Shown here one piece after another: positions 10,420-20,581 of a stretch of DNA of 64,000 nt. Both the position numbers and the translations under genes were made by a program. The stretch comes from an uncultured Actinomycetota bacterium. GTDB taxonomy: Bacteria > Actinomycetota > UBA4738 > HRBIN12. The notes beneath the pieces were generated by a model that saw only the letters and a list, made by a program, of their open reading frames with translations, searched no databases and had not been told where the DNA came from. Position 1 is the stretch's first letter. The number at the start of each line of letters is the position of its first letter. The stretch covers positions 515 to 64,514 of the forward strand of contig CAVTTD010000017.1 in NCBI GenBank assembly GCA_963737525.1. The letters run 5' to 3'.

Positions 10420-10868
10420 CGGTCGCTCCCCTTCAGCTCCGCATCCCAGTCGACGATCGTCTTCGCGGCGGCCACCGCATCCAGCGGGACCCGATGCTCG
10501 ACCTCGTCGGCCGCGATCCGGATCTCATCGTCTTCGGCGGCGCGCAGCTCGCCCTCGAGCACACCCTCGTGGGTCTTCACCGATACCCGCTGCCCGACGG
10601 CGCGGCGGAAATCCTGCGGACGGCGCAAAGGCCGCTCGATCCCGGGCGTCGTCACCTCAAGGGCGTAGGGGCCGGGCTCGAAACCCTCCAGATCGAGGCG
10701 ACGTGACACCTTGCCCGACAACTGCGAGATCGTCCCGAGGTCGACGCCGCCGTCGCGATCGACGGTCACGCGGAGGATGCGGCGGCCGCCCTCGCGACCG
10801 AAGGTCACGTCGACGAGCTCGAGGCCCTCGCCCTCGATCACGGGTCTGACCAGCGCCTCCGCGTCCAC
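10416..10868 (-). CDS. rimP: ribosome maturation factor RimP
   Basis: 150 aa; GLELVDVTF...RILRVTVDRDGGVDL...YALEVTTPGIERPL is RimP-like. Its stop overlaps the nusA start. Confidence 0.9.
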   Translation of the reverse strand: MDAEALVRPVIEGEGLELVDVTFGREGGRRILRVTVDRDGGVDLGTISQLSGKVSRRLDLEGFEPGPYALEVTTPGIERPLRRPQDFRRAVGQRVSVKTHEGVLEGELRAAEDDEIRIAADEVEHRVPLDAVAAAKTIVDWDAELKGSDR

Positions 10869-10904
10869 GTTCCCCTCCTCTCGCCCTCGGGCCCGATGTC
10901 ACCC

Positions 10905-10935
10905 CTCGAAAAAGAAAGTGGGCGGCGAGCCCACT
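10905..10935 (-). terminator. Rho-independent terminator downstream of proS
   Basis: Minus strand reads AAGTGGGC-GCCGC-GCCCACTT (8-bp stem) followed by TTCTTTTTC, placed about 70 nt after the proS stop. Confidence 0.55.
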
Positions 10936-11008
10936 TCCGGCCGTGCAGATCGTCGTCGACCAGCCAGTATAGACAGCGCTCCCGGAACCGAGGTGGACGA
11001 GCGGCCCG

Positions 11009-12718
11009 CTACGGAGCGCTGCTGAGGAGGTCCTCGACCGCCTGTGAGGCGTCGGCCAGCGGAGCACTGGACCGTTCCCCCGTGGCACGGACCTTGAGGT
11101 CGACCGTGCCGCTCTCGAGGCCACGGGAGCCGACGACCACCTGGACGGGATAGCCCACGAGGTCGGCGTCGGCGAACTTGACGCCGGCCCGCTCCTCACG
11201 GTCGTCGAGGACAGCCTCGATCCCGCGCTCTCCGAGCTCTCGATAGATCCGCTCCGCCTCCTCCGTCACCACCGGCGCGTCGGCGTTGGCCATGATCACC
11301 GCGACCTCGTAGGGGGCGAGGAGCTTCGGCCAGATCATCCCGGCGTCGTCATGGTGCTGCTCGACCGTCGCCGCCATGATCCGGCTGATCCCGATCCCGT
11401 AGGACCCCATCACGTAGTGACGCTGCGATCCGTCCTCGGCTTGGTAGGTGGCCCCCAATGGCTCCGAATAGTTGGTCCCCAGCTGATAGATGTGACCGAC
11501 CACGATCGACCGCCCGATCTGCAGCGCTCCCCCGTCCACCGGGCATCGGTCGCCGTCGCGGATCTGGACGAGGTCCTCCCACCGATCGACCCGGAAGTCG
11601 CGATCGACATTGGCTCCCGTGACGTGGACGTCGACGCGGTTCGCGCCGGTGACCCAGTTGTTCCGTCCACGGACCGAGTGGTCCGCGAAGATCGTCACCT
11701 CCGGGCCGAGACCCTGCGGGCCGACGAAGCCTTTCGCGAAGCCCTTCGCCGCGAAGTCCTCGTCCTCGAAGCGGCGCACGCGCTCGGGGAAATGGAGGCG
11801 CGCGAGCTTCTCCTCTCCCACCTCGCGGTCGCCAGGGACCAGGGCGGCGACGGTCCGGCCCTCGACGTCGAACATGATGCATTTCAGGGTGGCCTCGGCC
11901 GGAACCCCCATCTGCTCCACCATCAGCTCGATCGTCACCGCGCCCGGCGTCTCCACCTCGGTCAGCGGCTCGAGGCCTTCCGCGGTCGCGGGGTCGGGCG
12001 CCCGGGGAGTGGCCGCCTCCGTGTCCGCGAGATAGTCGCCGTTCTCGCAGCGGACGAACAGATCCTCGCCCACGTCCGCCAGGGCCATGAACTCATGGTT
12101 GACGCTCCCCCCGATCGTTCCGGGGTCGGCCTCGACGATCACGTATTCGAGCCCGAGCCGGTCGAACACGCGCTGGTAGGCCTCGTACATCACGCGATAG
12201 GACTCGCGCATCCCGTCCTCGTCCCGGTCGAACGTGTAGGCGTCCTTCATCAGGAACTCCCGTGCACGGAGAAGCCCGAATCGGGGACGGAACTCATCCC
12301 GGTACTTCCATTCCACCTGGTAGACGTTGACGGGCAGGTCACGGTAGGAGGGGAACTCCTGCTGCACGAGGGGTGCCACGACCTCCTCCTGGGTGGGGCC
12401 CAGCAGGAACTCGCGTCCGTGCCGGTCCTCGAGGCGGAAGACCACGTCGCCGTAGGCCTGCCAGCGACCCGTGAGCTTCCAGGGCTCGGCGGGCAGGACG
12501 ATCGGCATGCGGAGCTCCTGGGCCCCGGATGCATCCATCTCCTCGCGAACGACCCGCGCGATCTTGTTCATCGTGCGGAGCCCGAGGGGCATCGAGGTGT
12601 AGATCCCCGCAGCGACCTTGCGGATGAACGCGGCGCGCAGCAGCAACCGGTGGGATGGGACGTCGGCCTCGGCCGGATCCTCCCGGAGCGTGCGCGCGAA
12701 CAGCCTGGATACCCGCAT
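11009..12718 (-). CDS. proS: prolyl-tRNA synthetase
   Basis: 569 aa bacterial-type ProRS with class II motifs (FRLEDRHGREFLLGPTQEEVV, MKDAYTFD, HVMGSYGIGISRIMA). Confidence 0.95.
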   Translation of the reverse strand: MRVSRLFARTLREDPAEADVPSHRLLLRAAFIRKVAAGIYTSMPLGLRTMNKIARVVREEMDASGAQELRMPIVLPAEPWKLTGRWQAYGDVVFRLEDRHGREFLLGPTQEEVVAPLVQQEFPSYRDLPVNVYQVEWKYRDEFRPRFGLLRAREFLMKDAYTFDRDEDGMRESYRVMYEAYQRVFDRLGLEYVIVEADPGTIGGSVNHEFMALADVGEDLFVRCENGDYLADTEAATPRAPDPATAEGLEPLTEVETPGAVTIELMVEQMGVPAEATLKCIMFDVEGRTVAALVPGDREVGEEKLARLHFPERVRRFEDEDFAAKGFAKGFVGPQGLGPEVTIFADHSVRGRNNWVTGANRVDVHVTGANVDRDFRVDRWEDLVQIRDGDRCPVDGGALQIGRSIVVGHIYQLGTNYSEPLGATYQAEDGSQRHYVMGSYGIGISRIMAATVEQHHDDAGMIWPKLLAPYEVAVIMANADAPVVTEEAERIYRELGERGIEAVLDDREERAGVKFADADLVGYPVQVVVGSRGLESGTVDLKVRATGERSSAPLADASQAVEDLLSSAP

Positions 12719-12756
12719 GAAGGAGAAGGATACCGGCGGGCTCGAGCCCGCCGACC

Positions 12757-14340
12757 CTAGACGTCCGTCACGGTGGCGATCACCTGTTGCCAGACCTCCG
12801 TTTGGCTTCCTCCGCCGTCATCGACCGGGTACGCCCCGTAGGTCGCCATCGCGGTCTGGTCGACGGGATCCCGCGAGATCGCGGTGAAATCACCCCATCG
12901 TTCCAGCCCCGGCGCGTACTCGTATCGCCCGGAACCCGCCTGGATGAGCACCGAGGCGGACGCCGTCGCACCGGGCTGGATCACGCCCGCGTAGGCGGCG
13001 AGGCACTCGCCCGCTCCCGCGCGCGCGTAGTTCACCCACACCTTGCCGTCGCCGTCGGTCGCGATGGAGGCCCACGCGGCGTCGTGACCGGCGGCGCCCA
13101 CCCGCCCCTTGCGGAGCACACGGGAGTCGCCCAGGATCGACGCGGGATCGACCTCCCACCAGCGGATCACCGACTCGTGAGGGCCACCACCGACGTTTCC
13201 TTCGATCGCGGTGGTCGTGTACAGGCTCCCACGGACGCCGTCCCAGAAGGACGACGTCAATCGGAGATCGCCGGTGTCCCACTTCGTGTTGAGGCCCGAC
13301 GTGTTCCCGCATTGCCGACCGAAGGGCGGATAGGCGATCGCCCCACCGCCCAGCGAAGCCCGCGTCAGCTTCAGCACGCCGTTCACCGTCTTCAGTCGCC
13401 ACAGGATCAGCTTCCCCGTGGAGCCGTTGAAGTCGAGCGACGTCATGTACTGGGTCGTGGGTGCAGCACCGAAGGAGATCGCGGGCACGATCGTGAACGC
13501 GGGCGACCCGTCCGGATCCTTCGTTTGGGTCCGGCTGAAGACCTTGATCGGGACCACGGGCACCGAGCAGTCATAGAGCTGTGACTTGCGGAACGAGACA
13601 ACCTGGACGTACTGGAAGCCTCCCACGAACGGAGCGTTCGTGTAGCCGAACTGGTTGGTCGTGAGCGTCACCCTGTTCTCCGTGAATCCGACCATCGGGT
13701 AGTCGGCCAGCTGCTTCCCGTTGTTGCTCACCTGGTCGCCGGACATGTGAAGCACGCACCAGTCCGCGGTGACATCCTCCGATCCTTCCGGGATCACCAC
13801 GATGGAGAGGAAACTCTGGGTGTTGCTCGCCGAGGCGAAGACCAACACGAAGTGCTGCCGGTACGGGTCGTAGAAGACCTTCGGGTCGAAGTCGTCGACA
13901 CCGGCGGGGAGTTGGTCGTCGAGGGAACGGAGACGTCTGGGTGGATCGAGCTGGACCCCGGCCCGATCGTAGAACGCCATATGGACGTTCACCGCCGCGA
14001 GATGGTCGGTGACCCCGAGGGCGCCGGTCGGGTCGGCCGGCGACACGAGCGCAAGATCGTCCACGCCGTCGAAGGGCGTCGGCACGACCGTCGGTGCGAG
14101 CGGTCCCCTTCCACGAGACGCCGAAGCATCCGATCCCGCCGGCGTCGCCCGACGGTCGCTCCCCGCCCGGACGAGCCTGGGGACCCGCGTCGACCGGGGG
14201 CCGCCGCCAGCGTCGACCCCGGAGATCCCCGCGACGTGGACCCTCGGTGACCGGTCGGTCGCAGTCGCTGATTGCGAGGGTGACGGGAACGCAAGCACCG
14301 TGACGACTGCCGTGAGACACCAAGTGAGTCGACGAAGCAT
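12757..14340 (-). CDS. secreted hypothetical protein (signal peptide; likely beta-rich fold)
   Basis: ATG at 14340 with GGAGGA about 8 nt upstream. N-terminus MLRRLTWCLTAVVTVLAFPSPSQSATA is a signal peptide. 527 aa, rich in W/G/T with no recognisable catalytic motif. The 841-aa ORF call is inflated by an in-frame upstream run with junk composition. Confidence 0.65.
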   Translation of the reverse strand: MLRRLTWCLTAVVTVLAFPSPSQSATATDRSPRVHVAGISGVDAGGGPRSTRVPRLVRAGSDRRATPAGSDASASRGRGPLAPTVVPTPFDGVDDLALVSPADPTGALGVTDHLAAVNVHMAFYDRAGVQLDPPRRLRSLDDQLPAGVDDFDPKVFYDPYRQHFVLVFASASNTQSFLSIVVIPEGSEDVTADWCVLHMSGDQVSNNGKQLADYPMVGFTENRVTLTTNQFGYTNAPFVGGFQYVQVVSFRKSQLYDCSVPVVPIKVFSRTQTKDPDGSPAFTIVPAISFGAAPTTQYMTSLDFNGSTGKLILWRLKTVNGVLKLTRASLGGGAIAYPPFGRQCGNTSGLNTKWDTGDLRLTSSFWDGVRGSLYTTTAIEGNVGGGPHESVIRWWEVDPASILGDSRVLRKGRVGAAGHDAAWASIATDGDGKVWVNYARAGAGECLAAYAGVIQPGATASASVLIQAGSGRYEYAPGLERWGDFTAISRDPVDQTAMATYGAYPVDDGGGSQTEVWQQVIATVTDV

Positions 14341-14614
14341 CGAGGCATCCTCCGTTGGATCGGCGCAGCGCCCTCCCGCCGCGTGAGCCGCAAAACCTAG
14401 CAGGCCGTTGACTCGGCGGGAACCCGGATGCCACCATCCAGCCGACGATGACGGTGACCAGAGGCGACTGGGCGTGGCCGGGGGGCTCCGAGAGCCCTGG
14501 GCCGCCGTCGCGCTAGTTCGTCTCGCATCACCCGCGACGAGCCCCGGACGGATCCCGGGGCTCGCTTCATGACAGGACCCGAGTCGTCGTCGACAAGACC
14601 CCAGGAGGGAGCGC

Positions 14615-16108
14615 GTGGCACCGAAGCTCGAGATACGGCCGGATCGGGACCGGTTCGACGCGCTCGCCCGGGAGTGGGCGCTCGTCCCGGTGTGGGCCGA
14701 GCTGCTCGCGGACGTGTCCACGCCCGTGGGGCTGTTCCCCACCGTCGCGGGCTCGGGGTCGGGCGTCCTCTTGGAATCGGTCGAGCGCTCCGAGCGCTGG
14801 GGACGGTACTCCTTCGTTGCCGGCGACCCGGCCGCGACCCTGGTCCTCGACGGCGACGGACTCCGCATCCAGGGGGCGGTCCGAGAGCTGCCGATCGAGA
14901 TCCCCGACCTCGGATCGGCGCGAGAGGCGCTCATCGGAGCAGCCCGTTCGATCCGAGGTCCTCGACTCCCCGACCTGCCGCCGCTCACGGGTGGGCTGAT
15001 GGGATACCTCGCGTACGAGGCAGCCGGCCTGCTCGACGGGCATCCGGCGCCCCATCCCGCTGAGGCACCATGCCCCCCGGTCGGTCTCCTCGCGATCGAC
15101 CGTGCCGTCGTGTTCGACCACTGGCGGCAGCGGCTCATCCTCGTCGCGCACGTCGCCGCCGGCGGATACGACGGCGGCGTCGCGGCCCTGGAGGACCTCG
15201 CGAACCGGATCGCGGAGGCCGCGACGCCGCCGCTCGCCTCGGTGGGCGACGGCGATGGCGCGGAGGCCGGTGAACCGAACATGGCGGACGAGGACTACCG
15301 CCGGATCGTGATGTCTTTCAAGGAGCACATCCTGGCCGGGGACATCTACCAGGGGGTGCCCTCCCGGCGCGTGTCGTTCGATGCACCCGACGGCGGCTTC
15401 CCGATCTACCGTCGCTTGCGCGTGTCGAACCCCGCGCCCTACATGTTCTTCCTGCGGATGCTCGGCATGGAGCTCGCCGGTTCGTCGCCCGAGCCCCTCG
15501 TTCGCGTCGAGGGGCGTCGCGTGTCCACGCGGCCGATCGCCGGAACCCGGCCTCGGGGCGGAACGGACGTGCGCGACCGGTTGCTCGAGCACGAGCTCCT
15601 CGCGGATCCGAAGGAACAGGCGGAGCACGCGATGCTCGTGGACCTCGCCCGCAACGACCTGGGCCGTGTATGCGTGCCCGGAAGCGTCCGTCCCACCGAG
15701 CTGATGCAGGTGGAGCGATTCTCGAAGGTGATGCACATCGTGTCGACGGTGGAGGGTGACCTTCGGGAGGACACCCATCCGCTCGACGCGCTGGCGGCGA
15801 CCTTCCCGGCCGGGACCGTCACGGGCGCGCCGAAACGCCGAGCGATGGAGCTGATCGCCGAGTCCGAGCCGACCGCGCGGGGTCCGTACGCCGGTGCGGT
15901 CGGCTACCTCACCTTCGCCGGGGACCTCGACTTCTGCATCACGATCCGCACCGCGGTGGTCGCCGACGGCCGGGCGCACGTGCAAGCCGGCGCCGGGGTC
16001 GTCGCCGACTCCGACCCAGAGGCGGAGCTCGTCGAGACCAAGGCGAAGGCGGCCGCGCTGCTCCCCGCGATGGGTACGCTCGCGACCGAGCCGGAGTCGC
16101 GCGGATGA
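14615..16108 (+). CDS. trpE: anthranilate synthase component I (TrpE/PabB family)
   Basis: GTG start with AGGAGGGAG about 4 nt upstream. 497 aa with the LLES Trp-feedback motif (GVLLESVERSE) and the chorismate-binding core (PYMFFLR, GAPKRRAMELIAESE, GPYAGAVGY). Confidence 0.85.
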   Translation: MAPKLEIRPDRDRFDALAREWALVPVWAELLADVSTPVGLFPTVAGSGSGVLLESVERSERWGRYSFVAGDPAATLVLDGDGLRIQGAVRELPIEIPDLGSAREALIGAARSIRGPRLPDLPPLTGGLMGYLAYEAAGLLDGHPAPHPAEAPCPPVGLLAIDRAVVFDHWRQRLILVAHVAAGGYDGGVAALEDLANRIAEAATPPLASVGDGDGAEAGEPNMADEDYRRIVMSFKEHILAGDIYQGVPSRRVSFDAPDGGFPIYRRLRVSNPAPYMFFLRMLGMELAGSSPEPLVRVEGRRVSTRPIAGTRPRGGTDVRDRLLEHELLADPKEQAEHAMLVDLARNDLGRVCVPGSVRPTELMQVERFSKVMHIVSTVEGDLREDTHPLDALAATFPAGTVTGAPKRRAMELIAESEPTARGPYAGAVGYLTFAGDLDFCITIRTAVVADGRAHVQAGAGVVADSDPEAELVETKAKAAALLPAMGTLATEPESRG

Positions 16109-16671
16109 TCCTCATCGTCGATCACTACGACAGCTTCACCTACAACCTCGTCCAGCTGATCGAGGGGTTGGGACGAGCGACCGAGGTCGTGAAGTCCGAT
16201 GAGGCGCCCGCGGCCGAGCTCGTCGCACGCGAGCCCGACGCGGTCGTCCTCTCGCCCGGACCGGGCCACCCCAGGGACGCGGGGAGCTTCCCCGAGCTCC
16301 TGCGCCTGTTACCCGAGGGCACCCCCGTCCTGGGCGTGTGCCTCGGACATCAGGCGCTCGGCGTCGCGAGCGGCGGGACGGTGGACCGCACGACGCCGTT
16401 CCATGGGAAGGCCTCGCTGGTCCACCATGAGGGCCGAGGGATACTCGGCGGCGTCTCCAACCCCTTCGAGGCGGGGCGCTACCACTCCCTCGTCGTGATC
16501 CGTGACGATCTCCCCGACGACCTCGAGATGACGGCATGGACGGACGACGGGCTCGTGATGGCCACCCAGCACCGCGAGTGGCCGCGATACGGCGTCCAGT
16601 TCCATCCGGAGTCGATCCTCACGCCCGAGGGACCCCGGATCGTCGAGAACTTCCTGGCGCTCGTCGGCTGA
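16105..16671 (+). CDS. trpG: anthranilate synthase component II (glutamine amidotransferase TrpG/PabA)
   Basis: 188 aa; MILIVDHYDSFTYNLVQ, GVCLGHQALG (catalytic Cys) and GVQFHPES are class-I GATase motifs. Start overlaps the trpE stop. Confidence 0.88.
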   Translation: MILIVDHYDSFTYNLVQLIEGLGRATEVVKSDEAPAAELVAREPDAVVLSPGPGHPRDAGSFPELLRLLPEGTPVLGVCLGHQALGVASGGTVDRTTPFHGKASLVHHEGRGILGGVSNPFEAGRYHSLVVIRDDLPDDLEMTAWTDDGLVMATQHREWPRYGVQFHPESILTPEGPRIVENFLALVG

Positions 16672-17628
16672 TCAGGGAGAAGGGCAACCGGGGCCGTAGG
16701 CGAACGCGCCGGAGTTGAACGCCACCTTGCATGCGGAGGCGTCGACAGCGACGAACGCCCCCGCGGGGACACGCTTCAGCTGATCGACGAAGGAATAGGT
16801 CCACCGGGGATCCACGGCTCCCTGGAAATACCAATCGCTGCCATTGTCGGCGACGATCACCCCGTACCGCTTCATCGCGCGGAGCACGATCTGGGCGGGA
16901 GCCGAATATCCGCCGATGCCGTACCCGGCGCGCAGCCGGAACCGAGCCCCCATCGGGGGGCACGACGGGTTCGCGACACCCGCCTGGTGGCGCGCCGGCC
17001 AGACATAGCTCCGGCGCGTGCACCCGACGGTGAAGCGCAAGGCGTGGTGGATGCCGGCGTTCGGACCGAACACCTCGTCGTATCGAACGAGGCCGGGGAA
17101 GATCGGCAGGCCTGCCGCGTCGGCGCTCGTCCAGCCGGCGGGCCGGAGGGTGTTGGAGCCCAGGTCGAAGATCGCGCCGCTGCCGGCGGTGGGGTGCCCC
17201 CCGTTCCGCCGAACGCCGAAGAGCTCGTAGAGGACGCAGGTCCCCTCGTCGATCATGATCGCGTGCCGATCGGAGCCGCCCTCGATCTGCACGTCACCGC
17301 CGAACGGGTAGGGACCGGGATCGCTCTCTCCGGCGTAGTGGAAGTCGATCGAGACCTTCGCATGCGACGACGGCACGACGTCGAAGGGGATCCCGTACGA
17401 CGGCGGGCCGAAGTCCGGGTGCAGACGCGTCGAGCCGGCGTGGGTCGCACGTTTCCAGGTCGCGCTCTTGCGGTGGACGGGGAGCTTGCGGATGTCCATC
17501 CGCCAGACGTTGTTCGTCGGGAAGACCGAGCACGCGGTTCCGGGAACGTCGGCGGCGCCTGCCGGCGCCGCCGACGGGGCGGACGCGAGCGCCACGATCG
17601 CAGCCGACATCGCGAGGATCTTCTTCAC
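16672..17628 (-). CDS. secreted hypothetical protein
   Basis: 318 aa; N-terminal signal peptide MKKILAMSAAIVALASAPSAAPAGAA. No recognisable enzymatic motif. Its stop abuts the trpG stop at the palindrome TGATCA. Confidence 0.6.
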   Translation of the reverse strand: MKKILAMSAAIVALASAPSAAPAGAADVPGTACSVFPTNNVWRMDIRKLPVHRKSATWKRATHAGSTRLHPDFGPPSYGIPFDVVPSSHAKVSIDFHYAGESDPGPYPFGGDVQIEGGSDRHAIMIDEGTCVLYELFGVRRNGGHPTAGSGAIFDLGSNTLRPAGWTSADAAGLPIFPGLVRYDEVFGPNAGIHHALRFTVGCTRRSYVWPARHQAGVANPSCPPMGARFRLRAGYGIGGYSAPAQIVLRAMKRYGVIVADNGSDWYFQGAVDPRWTYSFVDQLKRVPAGAFVAVDASACKVAFNSGAFAYGPGCPSP

Positions 17629-17680
17629 GCCAGGGGTATCGGCCGGCTGGTGCCTCCCGTTGAACGCCGGATGCGAAGCC

Positions 17681-18772
17681 TCAATCCGGAACGGGAGCGT
17701 CCGTCGAGGCGGCCGCCATCTTCTTCGCCTCGGCGACCAGCCGCGTCACGAACTCCGACTCGGGGATCTTGTCGATGACCTCGCCCTTCACGACGAGGAA
17801 TCCCTGCCCCTTGCCCGCAGCGATGCCCAGATCCGCCTCGCGGGCCTCCCCGGGGCCGTTCACGACACAGCCCATGACCGCGACGCGGATGGGGGCCTTC
17901 AGTCCCTCGCGCTCGAGCGCCTCGTTCACCTGCTTCGTGAGACCGAGCACGTCGACCTCGGCGCGGCCGCACGAAGGGCACGCGACGAGATCCAGGCCAC
18001 GCTTCCGCAGTCCGAGCGACTGCAGGATCGCGGTCCCCACCTTGACCTCCTCGACGGGATCGTCGGTGAGCGACACCCGGATCGTGTCGCCGATCCCCTC
18101 GGAGAGCAGCGTCCCGATCCCGACCGCGCTCTTCACCCCGCCCATCGGCATCGGGCCGGCCTCGGTGACGCCGAGGTGCAGCGGGTAGTCGCACTTCTCC
18201 GCGAGCTGCCGGTAGGCCTCGATCATCACGAGCGGGTTCGAATGCTTGACGGAGATCTTGATGTCGAAGAAGTCTTCGTCCTCGAGGATCCGAGCTTCGT
18301 ACAGAGCGGATTCGACCAATGCTTCCGGCGTCGGGGCTCCGTATCGAGCGAGCAGGTCCTTGTGGAGCGACCCCGCGTTCACGCCGATCCGGATCGGCAC
18401 GCCCCTCGCCTTGGCCTCCCGCGCGATCACGCGCACCTTGTCGTCGTACTTGATGTTCCCGGGGTTCAGCCGCAGGCCCTGGATCCCGGCCTCCAGTGCC
18501 GCGATGGCGTACTTCCATTGGAAATGGATGTCGGCGACCACCGGGACCGTGGACTTGGCCGCGATCGCCTCCAGGGCGTTCGCGTCCTCCCAGTGCGGAA
18601 CGGCGACGCGCACGATGTCCACCCCCGCCGCCACGAGCGACGCGATCTGCTGGAGCGTCGCGTTGATGTCCGAGGTCTTGGTGGTGGTCATCGATTGGAT
18701 CGAGACGGGCGCCTCGCCACCCACGGCGACACGACCCACACGGAGCTGTCTCGACTTCCGTCGCTGGATCAT
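17681..18772 (-). CDS. ispG: 4-hydroxy-3-methylbut-2-enyl diphosphate synthase (flavodoxin)
   Basis: GcpE sequence [35 protein letters not shown]... with C-terminal CPSCGR / [10 protein letters not shown] Fe-S motifs. Start taken at the internal ATG 18772; the longer ORF would overlap yjbQ. Confidence 0.93.
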   Translation of the reverse strand: MIQRRKSRQLRVGRVAVGGEAPVSIQSMTTTKTSDINATLQQIASLVAAGVDIVRVAVPHWEDANALEAIAAKSTVPVVADIHFQWKYAIAALEAGIQGLRLNPGNIKYDDKVRVIAREAKARGVPIRIGVNAGSLHKDLLARYGAPTPEALVESALYEARILEDEDFFDIKISVKHSNPLVMIEAYRQLAEKCDYPLHLGVTEAGPMPMGGVKSAVGIGTLLSEGIGDTIRVSLTDDPVEEVKVGTAILQSLGLRKRGLDLVACPSCGRAEVDVLGLTKQVNEALEREGLKAPIRVAVMGCVVNGPGEAREADLGIAAGKGQGFLVVKGEVIDKIPESEFVTRLVAEAKKMAAASTDAPVPD

Positions 18773-18785
18773 CACCACGAGTCTC

Positions 18786-19235
18786 TCAGCTCCCGAACAC
18801 GTGGAAGGTGACGGTCCTGTCCTTCGGTTCATCCATCTCGAAGAAGAGCAGCCGCTGCCAGGTGCCGAGGGACGGTTCGCCGTCCATCACCGGGATCGCG
18901 TGCGACGTGGCGGACAGCAGCATGGCTTTCACATGGGCATGTCCATTCTTCCGCTCATCGGGATGCATGTTCTGCGTCCTGATCTCGAAGTCGTCGTGGC
19001 GGAAGTACACCCCCTCATGCGGCACGAGCTCGGTGAGATGGCGGCGGAAGTCCTCGAGCGCGCCCTCCTCCCATTCGTTGATCAGCAAGGCACAGGTCGT
19101 GTGGGCGCAGAACGCGACGGCCACGCCCTCCGAGATCCCGGCGTCCTTGACCGCGCGGCGGAGATCGTCGGTGAGGTCGAGGAAGGCGAACCGCTCGGGC
19201 GGGCTGACGATCACGGTCGTCGTGCCCGTTCTCAC
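18786..19235 (-). CDS. YjbQ/UPF0047-family protein
   Basis: GTG start overlapping the kinase stop (GTGA). Translation [57 protein letters not shown]...[16 protein letters not shown] matches the YjbQ family. Confidence 0.75.
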   Translation of the reverse strand: MRTGTTTVIVSPPERFAFLDLTDDLRRAVKDAGISEGVAVAFCAHTTCALLINEWEEGALEDFRRHLTELVPHEGVYFRHDDFEIRTQNMHPDERKNGHAHVKAMLLSATSHAIPVMDGEPSLGTWQRLLFFEMDEPKDRTVTFHVFGS

Positions 19236-20581
19236 GGGCCGCTCCTCTCGGCCGAGGGCAGATCGAACGTGAAGACGCTCCCATGGCCGGGTTCGCTCTC
19301 GGCCCTGATCTGGCCGCCGTGTGCCTCCACGACCGAACGCGCGATCGCGAGCCCGATCCCGGTGCCCCCGTCCCCGCGTGCCCGCGCCGGGTCGGCCCGG
19401 TAGAAGCGCTCGAAGAGACGCGGCAGATGCTCGGGCGGGATGCCGGCGCCCGTGTCGGAGACCGCCACCTCCACGGAGCCGTTCCGCCGCCGTGCCGAGA
19501 CCGTCACATGCCCGCCGTCCGGGGTGAACCGAACCGCGTTGTCGACGAGGTTGAAGAGCACCTGATGGACACGCTCGCGGTCGACGGAGAGCGCCGGCAG
19601 ATCGGCGGGGACGTGATTGTCGACCTGGACACCCCGGCCGGACAGTGCGACGTCGATCTCGGAGATCAGGTCGTCCACCAACGGCTGCAACGGCAGCTCC
19701 TCGATCCGAAGGGGGATCTCGCCGGATTCGAGCCGCGAGAGGTCGAGGAGCTGATCCACGAGCCTCCCGAGTCGCTCGACCTGGGTGAGCATCACCTCGA
19801 TCGTGGCCGGCTCGGGCTGCTCGACGCCGTCGAGCAGGTTCTCGAGGTGCGCCCGGATGGCCGTGATCGGGGTCTTGAGCTCGTGCGAGACATTGGCCAC
19901 CAGATCCCGGCGGCTCTTCTCGAGGTTCCCGAGCTCCCCGCTCATCCGATTGAACGCGGCGGCGAGCTTGCCGACCTCGTCGCGGCTCCGGGTCTGCACC
20001 CGCACCGAGTAGTCCCCCGTCTCCATCCTCCGGGCGGCGGACGCCATGTCTCGGAGAGGCTGTGTCATGCCTCGCGCGAAGAGACGCGCCACGCCGAGCG
20101 AGACGGTGGCCGCGACCACGCCGACGAGGAGGAACTGCCACCACACACTCTGGAGGAACCCCGTGGTCGCCGATACACGGCCCAGGAACCCCCGCGACCG
20201 CGAGTGGATGATGACGGTCACGGAGCTCCCGTTCTCGGTGGGGACGGTGGCGAACACGTTCGAGCCGATCACCCCCCACCGGGGAGCGTCGACCCGGAGC
20301 CGCGGCAGCTCGCCCAGGTCCGTTCCGCGGATCACCTTGGAGCCGTTCGGCCGGAGGGTCACCACCATCGTCCCGGAAGGCACCGAGTCCAACTGACCCG
20401 TCGCCGCCTGCCGCGCGAGGCTGAGCGCTTCGATCGCCTCGGAATCCCGAGGCGATCGTCGGAGGGCGAAGCCGATCAGGACGTAGCTGATGAGCAGTGC
20501 CAGCCCGACGGCGATCACGACCGTCGATCCGAGCTTCGCTCGGATCGACGTCAGCCTGTCCAGCGGATGGGTGGCCATCAC
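19232..20581 (-). CDS. sensor histidine kinase (TM-HAMP-HisKA-HATPase)
   Basis: 449 aa. Two TM segments; H-box LVANVSHELKTPITAI; N/G boxes NLVDNAVRFT, DTGAGIP, GGTGIGLAIA. Confidence 0.9.
   Translation of the reverse strand: MMATHPLDRLTSIRAKLGSTVVIAVGLALLISYVLIGFALRRSPRDSEAIEALSLARQAATGQLDSVPSGTMVVTLRPNGSKVIRGTDLGELPRLRVDAPRWGVIGSNVFATVPTENGSSVTVIIHSRSRGFLGRVSATTGFLQSVWWQFLLVGVVAATVSLGVARLFARGMTQPLRDMASAARRMETGDYSVRVQTRSRDEVGKLAAAFNRMSGELGNLEKSRRDLVANVSHELKTPITAIRAHLENLLDGVEQPEPATIEVMLTQVERLGRLVDQLLDLSRLESGEIPLRIEELPLQPLVDDLISEIDVALSGRGVQVDNHVPADLPALSVDRERVHQVLFNLVDNAVRFTPDGGHVTVSARRRNGSVEVAVSDTGAGIPPEHLPRLFERFYRADPARARGDGGTGIGLAIARSVVEAHGGQIRAESEPGHGSVFTFDLPSAERSGP

Noticed and set aside
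14539-14563. Hairpin upstream of trpE, as a trp attenuator.
   Set aside because: No leader peptide with tandem Trp codons and no U-tract. More likely just a structured 5' UTR or the divergent gene's element.
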